Position numbers and translations under genes: made by a program. Positions 1-10,351 of a stretch of 64,000 nt of DNA are shown here, one piece after another. The notes under the pieces are model-generated. The model saw only the letters and a list, made by a program, of their open reading frames with translations, made no database searches and was not told where the DNA came from. The DNA lies in contig CAWGMA010000001.1 in assembly GCA_963823555.1 (NCBI GenBank), positions 2,240,103 through 2,304,102 on the forward strand, read 5' to 3'. Numbering within the stretch: the first letter of the stretch is position 1; each line of letters opens with the position of its first letter. The stretch is from Candidatus Eiseniibacteriota bacterium. Its GTDB lineage: Bacteria > Eisenbacteria > RBG-16-71-46 > CAVPCR01.

Positions 1-493
1 TGAGCACGAGCTCGACCCCGAACTGCCCGACCGGAAAGCCATGGATCGCCAGGCACTCGATCGTGCCGAAGAGCATGTTGGGAACGTCCCGGCCCGAGAG
101 GTAGATGATATGCGCTCCGGAGCCGTGGAGCTGGCGCACGTAGGCGGCGGCCCCGACCATCGGCTCATCGAAGCGGAGAAAGCGGTCGGTGAAGAAGTGT
201 CGCTGCCAGTAGGCGGCGATGGCCTCGCGCCGGTCGCCGTTCACCTCCAGCCGGTCGAGGGTCTCACCGATCTTGTAGCGGTAGCAGGCCGCCGGCACCG
301 ACTCGAGCCGGCTGAGGAATTCCTCGTCACCGCGCTCATGGGCGTAGGCGAGGAGAATGCGCTGGGTGCGCGGCGTGTTCTCGAAGAGCGTGCCATCGAG
401 ATCGAAAACCACGGCCGGATCGCCGCCGTCCCTGGCGATCGCGATCACCCGCTCACGAATGTCGGCGAGAATGGAATGGCGTTGGTCGCGCAT
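1..493 (-). CDS. HAD-superfamily hydrolase, partial (runs off the window start)
   Basis: My minus-strand translation from ATG 493 gives MRDQRHSILADIRERV...AVVFDLDGTLFEN (HAD motif I DxDGT) and IIYLSGRD (motif II). It is absent from the ORF track because there is no stop in the window. Confidence 0.8.
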   Translation of the reverse strand, partial: MRDQRHSILADIRERVIAIARDGGDPAVVFDLDGTLFENTPRTQRILLAYAHERGDEEFLSRLESVPAACYRYKIGETLDRLEVNGDRREAIAAYWQRHFFTDRFLRFDEPMVGAAAYVRQLHGSGAHIIYLSGRDVPNMLFGTIECLAIHGFPVGQFGVELVL

Positions 494-597
494 AGGAATC
501 TTCGTGCGAAGGGGGGCGGCATCCTGCCTCCCCCACACCTATTGAGCTCCTATCGATGAACCGCGGCTGGCATGACCCGACCGCCGGGCGAGGCGGC

Positions 598-2376
598 CTA
601 GTTTCGCGCCTTGTTGCCGGCTGCCGACGTCCCCGCACCGACCGCCGCGTCGAGCGGCGCGATCCGGCCCTCGACTTCAGCGGCGATGGGGCTCGTACGC
701 GCGGCAGCCTCGCACAAGACATCGAAGATGACCCGGCCGGTGGATTGGATCCCGGCCGGCTCGAAACCCAGGTACTTGTCGGCCTGACTCACGGCGACGA
801 AGTCGCTGGTCGCGCCGACGTAGATCCGGCCCGCGTCGACGGGGAGACCGCCTACCTTCAGGTCGACCACCTCGCCGTCCGGACCGTAGCGATAGGAAAG
901 CCCAGAAACCTGGACGATGGCGCGCTCGCCATCGACCGAACCCAGCGCCTTCCGTGCGTTCTTGCGAGCAAAGGCCATGAGCTGCTCGCCGCTGGCGCGG
1001 AAGGTGCACAGCGTATTCGGAAACGGCGAGATCGAGTGGATCTCGAAACGGGTGAGCGGTCCGGCCTCGACATCGGCCCGGATGCCCGTCGAGTTGGTGA
1101 CGGCGAAATCGGCTCCCGATGCGCTGCGGAAGGCATCGGTGACCCAGTTGCCGATGTTCGATTCCCGCTGCGAATCACGGATGAATGGCTCGGCGAGCTC
1201 AGCCACCACGGTGCCGTACTCGGACTGGATCCTGGCATCGAGCTCCGCATAGAGATCGCGGACCGCGGCCGGAGCCTGCTCCCCCGCCGCCGCGGGTAGA
1301 TCGAGAAGCTCGAAGCGGTGGTCCACGACGCGGTCCCCCGCGACCCTCAGGTCGAGACGCCCGAGCCGCTCGAGGCGGGAACCGGTCTCGATGACGAGAG
1401 TCCCCGACTCGATGATCGGCTCCTCGGTGCGACGGTGATCGTGACCGCACAGGATGACGTCGATGCCCGGAACTTCCCGCGCCATGGCCCGACTCGGATC
1501 GAGCCCCATATGGGCGAGCACGATGATGACATCGCTCTTCGGGTCCAGCCGCGCCACCGCCGCCCGGGCCGCCTCGATCGAAGGAACGACCTCGAGCCCG
1601 CGGATCGGCTCGGCGGCCACCACCGCGGCCAGATCGTCGAGGATGAGGCCCACGAGCGCGATCTTGAGCCCGCCTCGCTCGAGGATGACCTCCTCGGCGG
1701 GCGCAAACGGTTTCCCGGTGGTCGCATCGTCGAGGTTGGCGCACAGGACCGGGAACGCGGCGAGCCCGATGAGGCCGCGGAGCGCGTCCCGCCCGAGGTC
1801 GAACTCGTGATTGCCGAGCGCCATGGCGTCATAGCCGACCGAGTTCATGAGCGCCATCGCGCCCCCGCCCGGCACTCCCCGGTATTCGATGGAGGTGAGC
1901 GGCGTGCCGGCCATCAGGTCGCCGCAATCGACGAGGATCGATGGACCTTGCTCCCGGATTCCGGTCACGGTCCCGGCCAGGGCACGGAAACCGCCGATCA
2001 TGGGCTTCTCGGGCAACCACTCGGCCGGCCGCTCGGCATAGGCCCCGTGAATGTCGTTGGTATGGAGAACGGTGATCCAGGCCCCAGGATCGGATGCGGT
2101 CTGGACGCTGGCGTTGCGGCCCGAGCAACCCAGGAGGGGCAGAAGAAGCCCGAGGGTGATGAGCAGGAAGGGGGGAGAGAGAACGCGATCGCGAGTCCGG
2201 ATGCGGAACCCGGTGCGCCGTTTCGGGCAACGGCGACCGGGCGCTCTGCGAAAGTCGCCAGCAACCGGGCGGGGCACCTCGATCCTCCGGAGTCGTTCAG
2301 GATGTAGCCGGTGTGCGAGCGCTGGCACCGCCGAGCGCGAGCCGACCCGAGGGCCGGCTTGCGAGCTGCACACCAC
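598..2376 (-). CDS. Bifunctional metallophosphoesterase/5'-nucleotidase, probable lipoprotein (true start probably downstream of 2376)
   Basis: LHTNDIHG, DCGDL, LGNHEFD, LAHMG and GHDH metallophosphoesterase motifs; C-terminal NSTGIRA and PFPNT; hydrophobic stretch ending LLGC (lipobox-like). Confidence 0.9.
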   Translation of the reverse strand: MVCSSQAGPRVGSRSAVPALAHRLHPERLRRIEVPRPVAGDFRRAPGRRCPKRRTGFRIRTRDRVLSPPFLLITLGLLLPLLGCSGRNASVQTASDPGAWITVLHTNDIHGAYAERPAEWLPEKPMIGGFRALAGTVTGIREQGPSILVDCGDLMAGTPLTSIEYRGVPGGGAMALMNSVGYDAMALGNHEFDLGRDALRGLIGLAAFPVLCANLDDATTGKPFAPAEEVILERGGLKIALVGLILDDLAAVVAAEPIRGLEVVPSIEAARAAVARLDPKSDVIIVLAHMGLDPSRAMAREVPGIDVILCGHDHRRTEEPIIESGTLVIETGSRLERLGRLDLRVAGDRVVDHRFELLDLPAAAGEQAPAAVRDLYAELDARIQSEYGTVVAELAEPFIRDSQRESNIGNWVTDAFRSASGADFAVTNSTGIRADVEAGPLTRFEIHSISPFPNTLCTFRASGEQLMAFARKNARKALGSVDGERAIVQVSGLSYRYGPDGEVVDLKVGGLPVDAGRIYVGATSDFVAVSQADKYLGFEPAGIQSTGRVIFDVLCEAAARTSPIAAEVEGRIAPLDAAVGAGTSAAGNKARN

Positions 2377-2440
2377 TAGAGGTGCGCACCTTACGCCACC
2401 GCACCATCAAGGGCAAGTCAATTCCCCACTTGGGGATCGC

Positions 2441-4060
2441 TCAGATGAGGCGGGAATACTCGCTGACGTCGAGATCCCACACCCGGACCCCGCAAAAGCG
2501 CTTGCCCTCGGGACAGATGGGGTGAACCCCGGCCGCCTGGCGCACGGTGCACGGTGGCAGCAGGTGCCGGCCGATCCTGGGCTCGACGGCCGCGATCTGC
2601 CGCGCCTCATCGACCGATGCCTGCCAGATCTCCTCCTGGGCGTTGTAGCACAGGCGCATCTCGAGCTTGTGCCGGAGCCCCGAGAGGTCGGCCGACTCGG
2701 TGAAGCGGATCGCCACGGCATTGGGCAGGAGATAGGCCGCGGCCTCCGTGTCGGCACCCAGCGCGCGCACGGCCGCGATGCCTTCCCAGGTGGCGGCCAT
2801 GCTGTCGGCGAACCGCTGCTCGACGTCGCCCCCGGCGGCGCGGACGAGCGCCGGCACGATGACGTCGGGATCCGCCCCCAGGTAGGCAGGCAAGCACGGC
2901 CGGCTGGCCGGCGTGGCCCGATGGCGCTGGTCCTGCGAATCACCGGCATGACTCAGCTTCTTCATGAACGTATAGGCCGGATGGACGAGACAGCGCCCCA
3001 GCTTCGAGACGGTGGTCAGATTGAGCGGCTCGCCGAGATAGCGATTCGAAGCCGGATCGAGCACGAGCGCAATCGCCTGATCGTCGCCGAGTCGCGCCCG
3101 CGGCAACCCCAGGACCTCGCGCACCGAGCGGGCGAGGACGACCTCGTTGTCGGGCTTCCGCGAGATGAGCCGGGACGTGAGCCCACCGAGCTCTTGATCG
3201 AACTCGGCGGCGAAGGCGCGGTGCTCGGCCGGAGCCGGCATCCCGTGCTGCACGTAGAAGCGGTGCTCGATCGTCTCCTCGAGCGGCAGCGGCTCCTCCA
3301 GCACGGTGGCGTAGCTGGGATCCACGCGCAGGAGCTCGTCCACCATTCTCGACACCACGGCCTGCTGCTCGAACGGAGCATCGTACTGACGACACAGCCG
3401 GTGGTAACGCAGCAAGGTAACCGCTGAGATCGTGTGATAGAGGCGGGACAGGGTGGCGATGGGCAGGACATAACGCGCGACCTCGATCGCCCGCTTCTCG
3501 ATCGCCTTCTGCCACTCTGCCGGCCGGCGCGCCCGCGCGGGGAAGATGCGGTAGAACTCTTCGCTCACGAGCGGCATGAGCGCACCGGCAAGCTGACGGT
3601 AGTCTTCAACCTGCCGTCTCGCTACTTCGAGATAGCGCGCTCGCGCCCGTTCGGGCAGCGGCGGGACGTAGAAGGACTCGGGCCTCACCTCCACGTAGCG
3701 CTGGCTCACCTGCTCCGAATTGTAGAACGGATGCGAGTGCAGGAAGGACCAGATGAACTGGCGCGAGACGTGGTCGAGCGCGTACTGGAGATGCACGTGC
3801 TGAAAGGTGGTGTGATGCCCCGCCTGGTAGATGTCGCGAGCCAGCGCGTCGCGGCGGGCCAGGCGCTCGGCGCGCACCACCGGATCGGCCACCCCCTCCC
3901 CTGCCACCTCCTCCGGCGTCACGATGCCGCGGGCCGAATAGCACGTGCGGGCGGCGGCCACGGCGTTGTCGAGCGGGCGGGCAAAGGCGTTCACGAGCCT
4001 CACGTCAGGCGCGGTGAACGGCCCCCGGGCAGGGTCCGTGATCTCGGCTCCGCGCGCCAT
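2441..4060 (-). CDS. thyX: FAD-dependent thymidylate synthase (ThyX/Thy1) family protein with tandem domains
   Basis: AARTCYS, GHHTTFQH, VSRQF..SQRYV and ARYVLP; a second copy has DQRHR, AAYLLPNA and RLCYNAQEEI. ATG 4060 is in frame with the 2441-4492 ORF. Confidence 0.75.
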   Translation of the reverse strand: MARGAEITDPARGPFTAPDVRLVNAFARPLDNAVAAARTCYSARGIVTPEEVAGEGVADPVVRAERLARRDALARDIYQAGHHTTFQHVHLQYALDHVSRQFIWSFLHSHPFYNSEQVSQRYVEVRPESFYVPPLPERARARYLEVARRQVEDYRQLAGALMPLVSEEFYRIFPARARRPAEWQKAIEKRAIEVARYVLPIATLSRLYHTISAVTLLRYHRLCRQYDAPFEQQAVVSRMVDELLRVDPSYATVLEEPLPLEETIEHRFYVQHGMPAPAEHRAFAAEFDQELGGLTSRLISRKPDNEVVLARSVREVLGLPRARLGDDQAIALVLDPASNRYLGEPLNLTTVSKLGRCLVHPAYTFMKKLSHAGDSQDQRHRATPASRPCLPAYLGADPDVIVPALVRAAGGDVEQRFADSMAATWEGIAAVRALGADTEAAAYLLPNAVAIRFTESADLSGLRHKLEMRLCYNAQEEIWQASVDEARQIAAVEPRIGRHLLPPCTVRQAAGVHPICPEGKRFCGVRVWDLDVSEYSRLI

Positions 4061-4092
4061 CGTCGCCTGGTTCAATGCTCGTGGCCGCCGGT

Positions 4093-5361
4093 CTAGGCCG
4101 GCCTGGCGGCCGGCCGCGCGCCGGGGGCCGGGACACCGAGCGCGGCGGTGACATCCGCATCTCGATCGGGATCGACGGGAAGGCCCAGGAGGGCGAGGAC
4201 GGCCTCTACCTGCCGGCGACCGATCGGCAGCACGAAGTCCGGATGCCTGCCGTAGCTTTTGGCGCCAATGATGAAGAAATTGAGCTCGGGATGCCGAAGC
4301 AGCTCGACATCGACCTCCGGGGTGCGGAGACGGTCGCGAGCGGCGCCCAGGACTGCGGACAGCTTGCTCGGCGCCCCGCTGGCATGACACTCCTCCACTT
4401 GCAGTTCGCGATGGATCTCGCGCTGCGGACGGAACCCGGTGGCGGCAATGATGCGCTCGACCTCGATCTCGTCGGGCGGGCCCGGCGTGCACAGGGTCAC
4501 GGCGAGGCTGCCGCTGCGCTGTCGTTCGATCGAGTCGATCTCCGCTTCATCGAAGACCGTGAGCCAGGGGGCGCCGGCGCCGAGCAGGCGGTTGGCTTCC
4601 TCCTCGAGGCGGCAGCGCGCTGGAAGCGGATCGGCGCCGAGCGCCGGGTACGGCCGCCGCGTGCGGCGGACCCAGACGACCTTCGTATGGGCCGCCTCCG
4701 CCGCCACCGCGCCCAGTTCCATGACCATCGTGGCCGCCGTATGCCCGCCGCCGACCACGAGCGTGCGCCGTCCGATGTAGTCCTCGCGCAGAGCTCCGCC
4801 GACATCGACCGGTCCGTAGGCGATCCGATCGGCTGCAGCCGACTCTCCCGGGGCCGGGATCCCGCCGCTTCCCACGGGCATGGGCTGCCCGAAGATACCC
4901 GTGGCGTCGAGCACCACGTCCGCGTGGTGGATGGCCTCACGTCCCTCATCATCTCGCACCAGGATCCGGAAGGGATAGACTCCGCGCGACGATGTGGTTT
5001 CGAGCTTGCCGATGCCCTCGCGCCCGACCGCAAGCACTTCGTGATGAGCGCGCAAGAGGGGCTTGAGAAGCGGGGTGGCGGCCAGGGGACGCAGGTAGCG
5101 CTCGACCAGTTCCTCCCCCGTCGGGCACTCGTCCGCCGGGGGCGGCACGAAACCGGGCTCCGCGGCCAGCACCCGGAGCCCCCTCGTGGAGACATTCATC
5201 CGCCAGGGAGTGAACATGCGCAGGTGACCCCAGGACCGCACATGGGAACCTGGGAGCCGGCGCTCGAAGAGGGTGACCTGAGCGCCCGCCTGGGCGGCGG
5301 CCAGCGCCGCCTCGAGCCCGATGGGACCGGCGCCGAGAATGGCGATGCGGGACTCCTGCAT
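4093..5361 (-). CDS. FAD/NAD(P)-dependent oxidoreductase (flavoprotein monooxygenase-like)
   Basis: Two Rossmann motifs (GAGPIG, GGGHTA), DATG and ATGF motifs, IGAKSYGR. Confidence 0.8.
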   Translation of the reverse strand: MQESRIAILGAGPIGLEAALAAAQAGAQVTLFERRLPGSHVRSWGHLRMFTPWRMNVSTRGLRVLAAEPGFVPPPADECPTGEELVERYLRPLAATPLLKPLLRAHHEVLAVGREGIGKLETTSSRGVYPFRILVRDDEGREAIHHADVVLDATGIFGQPMPVGSGGIPAPGESAAADRIAYGPVDVGGALREDYIGRRTLVVGGGHTAATMVMELGAVAAEAAHTKVVWVRRTRRPYPALGADPLPARCRLEEEANRLLGAGAPWLTVFDEAEIDSIERQRSGSLAVTLCTPGPPDEIEVERIIAATGFRPQREIHRELQVEECHASGAPSKLSAVLGAARDRLRTPEVDVELLRHPELNFFIIGAKSYGRHPDFVLPIGRRQVEAVLALLGLPVDPDRDADVTAALGVPAPGARPAARPA

Positions 5362-5617
5362 GGCGTCCTCCAGCGAGAGCGGTGTCGCGAGACGAACCGT
5401 CGGATCTCGGGATCGGAACCTCGCCCCGGCTCAACCGATCGGGGCAAGGTCGGACGATTTTCCGGAACCGGCACCGGAACCAGGGCCAGGAGCACAGGAC
5501 CCATCCGGGAGGCACGCCGCGCATGGGCGCCGCGCGCCTGCATTCTGCCTCAAGGCCGGAGGATTGTCGAGAGCGGAGGCCGCCGGCCATCGAGGCCGGA
5601 AGGCAGGCCCCCCGGGA

Positions 5618-6064
5618 TCACACCTGCCGATCGGGAGGAACGTCACGGATGTAGGCGTTCATCCAGCGGATCTCCTCTTCCTTCTCATGGATCTCGACCC
5701 GCATGAGATCGCGCAAGGAGAGCATCCCCAGCACCTGCCCGTCCTGGATGATGGGCAAGTGCCGGCACCCCCGCTCCTGCATCTTCTTCAGACACTCGAC
5801 GCTCGATTCATCGGGTCCGGCGCTCAGGACATCCCGGGTCATCACCTCCCGCACCGAGATCCGATCCGGATCGCTGCCGCGGATCACGACGCGCTCCATG
5901 AGATCCCGCTCCGAGAAGATGCCGAGCAACCCACGGTCGGCACCGAGGACCATGACCGCGCCCACCCGCTTCTCGCTCATGTAGCGCGCCACGTCGAGCA
6001 CGCTCATCTCAGGCGTCACGTTGAACAAGGGGCCAGCTGACAGCAGTTCCCGGACTCTGTTCAT
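5618..6064 (-). CDS. CBS-domain pair protein
   Basis: VGAVMV..GIFSERDL and RHLPII..GMLSLRDL. Confidence 0.9.
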   Translation of the reverse strand: MNRVRELLSAGPLFNVTPEMSVLDVARYMSEKRVGAVMVLGADRGLLGIFSERDLMERVVIRGSDPDRISVREVMTRDVLSAGPDESSVECLKKMQERGCRHLPIIQDGQVLGMLSLRDLMRVEIHEKEEEIRWMNAYIRDVPPDRQV

Positions 6065-6094
6065 GACCGCCCTCCCTCGCCGCGAGGCAGCCGC

Positions 6095-6928
6095 TCAGCG
6101 TGAGCGCCGGCTTCGCAGCCTGATGGCCAGCAAACGCACCTTCGCCGCATCCGGAGCCTCGGGTGCGAGCGCGAGGTAGTGCTCGAGGTCGGGAAGCGCC
6201 GCAGCGTACTGGCTGAGGTGGGCGTGAAGGACGCCGCGGTCACGGTATTCCTCTGGAGCGTTGGGATTCACCAGGATCAGGCGCTCGCTCACGGCGAGCG
6301 CTCGCTTGTAATCGTTCCGTTTCCAGTAGATCGCCTTCAGATTGGAGAGCAGGCGAGCCACCACTCCACGAGGCGGGCAGGCATCGAGGAACTCGGGGCG
6401 GAACCTGAGCTCGCCGCCGAACATCTCGTCCAGCCGGGCCTGGAACTTGCCCGGCAGCACGATCTCGCCGCCGCGGAAGCAGTCAATGAAGAGCCGCTCG
6501 TCCGCTGCCTGGTAGGAGACGAGGAAGTGCCCGGGGAAGTTCACGCCGACCACCGGGAGGCCGAGCCGCCGCGCCACCTCCATGTAGACGATGGAGAGCG
6601 TGATCGGAATCCCGACGCGGCGCTCGATGACCTGGTCGAGAAAGCTGTTGGCGGGATCGTAGTACTCGTCGAGGTTGCCGCTGAATCCGAGCCGCTTGAA
6701 CAGGACCCGATTCAGGATGCCGACGATGAGATAGGGATCGATCTCGTCGCGGAGCTCCTGGCGCACCTCGGCGGCGAACCCATCGAGGCAGTGCAGGTAG
6801 TGGGCGACATCGAGCTCCGGGCGCTCTTCGGCAGCAATGATCAGCGCGGCCTGATCGAGCGTCATGCCGCGGCGTCCTACATGGACGATGCGCGCGAACG
6901 CGCGCCTCCAGTCAGCCGATGTCGCCAT
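6095..6928 (-). CDS. SirB1/YchA-family protein (transglutaminase-like core plus TPR)
   Basis: GFSGNLDEYYDPANSFL, RVGIPITL, GVNFPGHFL, RLLSNLK and a C-terminal TPR. In-frame ATG at 6928. Confidence 0.85.
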   Translation of the reverse strand: MATSADWRRAFARIVHVGRRGMTLDQAALIIAAEERPELDVAHYLHCLDGFAAEVRQELRDEIDPYLIVGILNRVLFKRLGFSGNLDEYYDPANSFLDQVIERRVGIPITLSIVYMEVARRLGLPVVGVNFPGHFLVSYQAADERLFIDCFRGGEIVLPGKFQARLDEMFGGELRFRPEFLDACPPRGVVARLLSNLKAIYWKRNDYKRALAVSERLILVNPNAPEEYRDRGVLHAHLSQYAAALPDLEHYLALAPEAPDAAKVRLLAIRLRSRRSR

Positions 6929-6960
6929 GGCATGAGCTTGGCAGATCGGTGCCAGGGGGG

Positions 6961-8631
6961 TCAACCCCGAGCCGGCGGCGGCAATGCCGGCGCGGCGTAA
7001 GTCGAAGCGGCTTCCACTATGGCAGGGGGCCGCGCCTCGATCGTGACATGGATCTCGAACGCGCGCTCGAGCAGATCCTTCTTCTGCTGCCCCCCCCACA
7101 GCTCGAGATCGATCGACTCATCAGCCAGGAGCGTCACCTGGAGGCTGCGCTTGTGCCGGGTCGCCTCGAGCCCACGGACTCGCCGGCGATGCGAGCGGTC
7201 AAGGCCGTCGACGAAGCGGACGATCGCCGCCAGCTGCCGCACCCGCTCGCGATCCGAGCGACTCAAGAGAGCGAAGTTGACATGCTTGCGGCGCGGCAGT
7301 GACCGGCGGTGATAGCGCGCGATATGGGCGATGAGCTCGATCTCCCGGGGAGTGAAGCCGGGCAGGTTGGCGTGGCGGATCAGATGGTAGGAGTGGATAT
7401 GATGGCGTCGATAGCTGATGTGATGACCGACATTGCGCAGGATCGCCGCGGCCTCGACCAGCCGCCGCTCTCCCTCGCCGTAGCCATGGAGGCCGCGCAT
7501 CAGGTCGAACAGATTCACCGCCAGCATGCCCACATGTTCCGCCGTGGGGCGATCGTAATTGCAGGCCGCCCCGAACGCCCGCACGCTATCGCGCCAGTCG
7601 AGGGCGGTGCTGGCGGCCGGCGAGCCGAAGATCTCGCGCGTCATGCGCATGATGAGCCCCTCGCGAATGCCGTGCTCGTTGACGACGATCGCGTTGAGAC
7701 CGAGGTAGCGCAAGACCTCGTTGACCACCACGCTCCCGGCGAAGATGATGTCGGCGCGATCGGGAGAGAGACCGGGAATGCCCCGCCGGGCGTTCACGTC
7801 GACGCTGCGGAACAGGTCCATGGCCCGCTTCACATAGGATCGGTTGGTCGAGTAGCCGTGGACCCGACTGAGATGATCGCCGCGCTGGTTGGCGATGACC
7901 CGGGCCAGCGACGAGATGGTGCCGCCCGATGCGATCAGAACCGTGGCGGCGAGGTCACGGCCGATCAGGGCGCGCTCGATCTCGGCGCGCACATGCCGGC
8001 GCAACGCCTTCCAGTCCTTGTTGTTCACCGGGTCCGAGTGGACGAACTGCTCGGTGAGCCGGACCGCCCCCAGGGGCAACGAGAACACCTCCTGGATGAC
8101 GGGCCCGATGGTGAAGATGAGCTCGAGGGACCCCCCACCGATATCGAGGCAGGCCACACGCTCGTTCGGCAGGTGGAAGTTGTGCTGCACGCTCAGGTAG
8201 GCGAGCTCCGCCTCGGCCAGCCCATCCACCACCTCGGGCCGGATTCCGAGCTCGTCACGCAGGCGGGCGATGAACTCGCCGCCGTTCGTTGCCTCCCGCG
8301 CCGCGCTGGTGGCGACCGCCGCGATGCGGGTCGCGCCGCGACCCTCGGCGATCGTCTTCAGGCGCGCCACCGCCTGCATGGTACGGTCGATCGCCTCCGG
8401 GGAGAGGGCGCCCGTCGAGTTCAGGCCCTCGCCGAGGCGGGTCGTCATCTTCTCGTCGTCGACCAGTCGGTAGTCATCGGTGCCGTGGGCATCGACGACC
8501 AGGAGTCGCACCGAGTTGGTCCCGATATCGATGGCCGCCAGTCGCACCGGGCCCGATGGCGACCCGGGTCCGTTCTCCGGCGCTCGAGCGAGCCCGACCG
8601 GGGAATCCCCCCGCTCAAGATCGTCACGCAT
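6961..8631 (-). CDS. ppx: Ppx/GppA exopolyphosphatase with a C-terminal HD-like domain
   Basis: AIDIGTNSVRL, ATSAAREA, DIGGGSLE, DRADII, GIREG. Confidence 0.92.
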   Translation of the reverse strand: MRDDLERGDSPVGLARAPENGPGSPSGPVRLAAIDIGTNSVRLLVVDAHGTDDYRLVDDEKMTTRLGEGLNSTGALSPEAIDRTMQAVARLKTIAEGRGATRIAAVATSAAREATNGGEFIARLRDELGIRPEVVDGLAEAELAYLSVQHNFHLPNERVACLDIGGGSLELIFTIGPVIQEVFSLPLGAVRLTEQFVHSDPVNNKDWKALRRHVRAEIERALIGRDLAATVLIASGGTISSLARVIANQRGDHLSRVHGYSTNRSYVKRAMDLFRSVDVNARRGIPGLSPDRADIIFAGSVVVNEVLRYLGLNAIVVNEHGIREGLIMRMTREIFGSPAASTALDWRDSVRAFGAACNYDRPTAEHVGMLAVNLFDLMRGLHGYGEGERRLVEAAAILRNVGHHISYRRHHIHSYHLIRHANLPGFTPREIELIAHIARYHRRSLPRRKHVNFALLSRSDRERVRQLAAIVRFVDGLDRSHRRRVRGLEATRHKRSLQVTLLADESIDLELWGGQQKKDLLERAFEIHVTIEARPPAIVEAASTYAAPALPPPARG

Positions 8632-8672
8632 GGCCGATTCCCCCTGCCCCGCCGCCCCCCGGCGTCGCCCGC

Positions 8673-9381
8673 TCAGCCCGAAGGGGCTGCAGCGTCGCGA
8701 TCGAGGAGCGCCGAGATGGCGCGCTTCAGCTCGTAGGCCACCGCCCGCTCGGAGCGGTTCCCGTCCACCACCTGGAAGCCGTAGTGCTGCTGCATGCGGG
8801 CGAACTCACGCTGAATGAGGCGCTGATACTTGATGAAGCTCTCGAACATGCTCGCCGAGAGACCAAGGTCCATGCCGCTCTCCCAGTGGTCGAGCGTCGG
8901 GTTCTTCTGGAAGTTGCGTTCGATGAGGATGCGCGGGCTCACTCGTCAGGTAGAACACCACATCCGGCACGATGGCGACCGAGAACAGGCTCTCCACCCA
9001 CTCGCGGCGGGCGCCGCGCACCACGTCGCGCGCCATCAGCGTGTAGATGTAGCGGTCGCAGAGCACGACGAAGCCGGCGCGCAACGCCGGCACGATCACG
9101 TTCTCCATCTGATCCACGAAATCGGTGGCGTAGAAGAGGCTACGGGTCAGATGTCCGAGAATGTTGCCCTGCTTCGCCTTGGACAGCTCGGAACTGACCA
9201 GCGTCGACCGGCGGAGCCCGAAGTCGACGACGGCCTGTCCCTCGCCCTCGAGCCATTCGCGGAGCACGCGGATCTGGGTCGAACGGCCCGAGCCGTCCGC
9301 TCCCTCGATGACGATGAGCTTGCCGTGAAGCTCACCGAGGTCCACTCCCGGCGGCGCGGTTCCATAGCAGCGGGCAGCCAC
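8673..9381 (-). CDS. tmk: dTMP kinase family paralogue 2 (one frameshift near 8942, probably an error)
   Basis: GKLIVIEGADGSGRST and LCDRYIYT lie in the 8806-9816 frame; the C-terminus ESGMDLGL..FQVVDGN lies in the 8673-8942 ORF. GTG start at 9381. Confidence 0.8.
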
Positions 9382-9401
9382 GATATCGCCTCCAGCGCGG
9401 G

Positions 9402-10157
9402 TCAGACGGCCCGCTTTCGATCCGCCGCCGTGGGGCGCCGGGTCAGGGTCTCCGCCCGCACCGGCGGCCCGCCCCGGCGATTCAGCCACCGATAGGAGGA
9501 GAGATTGATGTGCTCGGCGATGATGCGCCGCACCTCGACCTGCTGCTCCTCGATGGGCCGGTTGGCATCGATCACCTTGAAGTCGAATTCGGCGGCCAGC
9601 TTCTCGTACTCGGCGAAGAGCCGCCCCTGGAAGAGCCTGAACGATTCGGTGACGTCGGTCGCCAGGCCGAGGTCCATGCCTGCCTCGAAGTACTTGAGAT
9701 TGGGCCGGCCGGAGAGGATGCGATCCAGAGACACATCGAGCGGGGCGCGGAAGTAGAAGGTGATCGACGGACGGACGGCGAACGAGTACAGGTTTCGCAC
9801 CCAATCCGGCGCACAACCGCGGACGACGTCACGCACATAGGCGGTGTAGACATAGCGATCGGCGAGCACGACGTAGCCGGCCTGGAGCAGGGGCAGAATC
9901 TGGCGCTCGAAGCGGTCGGCGAGATCGGTGGCGTGGATGAGGGAAAAGGTCGTGGGGGTGAGCAGAAAGCGCTTCTTGCCCTTGGAAGTGGCCCTCTTGA
10001 CGATGACCGATGAATTCCACTCGGTGAAGAAGACCTTCACCCCTTCGGCCTCGAGCCACTTCTTGACGAGGTAGATCTGCGTGCTCTTGCCCGACCCGTC
10101 GAGACCCTCGACGGCGATCAGCTTACCGAGCAGGGTTGGCGAATCCTTGACGAACAT
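9402..10157 (-). CDS. tmk: dTMP kinase family paralogue 1
   Basis: GKLIAVEGLDGSGKSTQ P-loop, LADRYVYT, EAGMDLGL. Confidence 0.88.
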   Translation of the reverse strand: MFVKDSPTLLGKLIAVEGLDGSGKSTQIYLVKKWLEAEGVKVFFTEWNSSVIVKRATSKGKKRFLLTPTTFSLIHATDLADRFERQILPLLQAGYVVLADRYVYTAYVRDVVRGCAPDWVRNLYSFAVRPSITFYFRAPLDVSLDRILSGRPNLKYFEAGMDLGLATDVTESFRLFQGRLFAEYEKLAAEFDFKVIDANRPIEEQQVEVRRIIAEHINLSSYRWLNRRGGPPVRAETLTRRPTAADRKRAV

Positions 10158-10351
10158 GGAATGGACCTCGACCTCACGAAACTCGACGCGGGCAGGAGCA
10201 TACGATCCGCATCCGAGGCTATCGCCGGGGATGGGGGGCGGTCAACGGCTTTCCCGGTCGTTGCATCATCTTTGCAGTCGGCGTGTTATCCTCTCCCGGA
10301 CGCACGCGCCCGGCGACGGTTCGGGCAGTCGAGAGGCAGTCGGGAGGATCC

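Noticed and set aside
8930..8950. Programmed ribosomal frameshift in the second tmk
   Set aside because: There is no slippery sequence, and similar single-base indels are widespread in the window.
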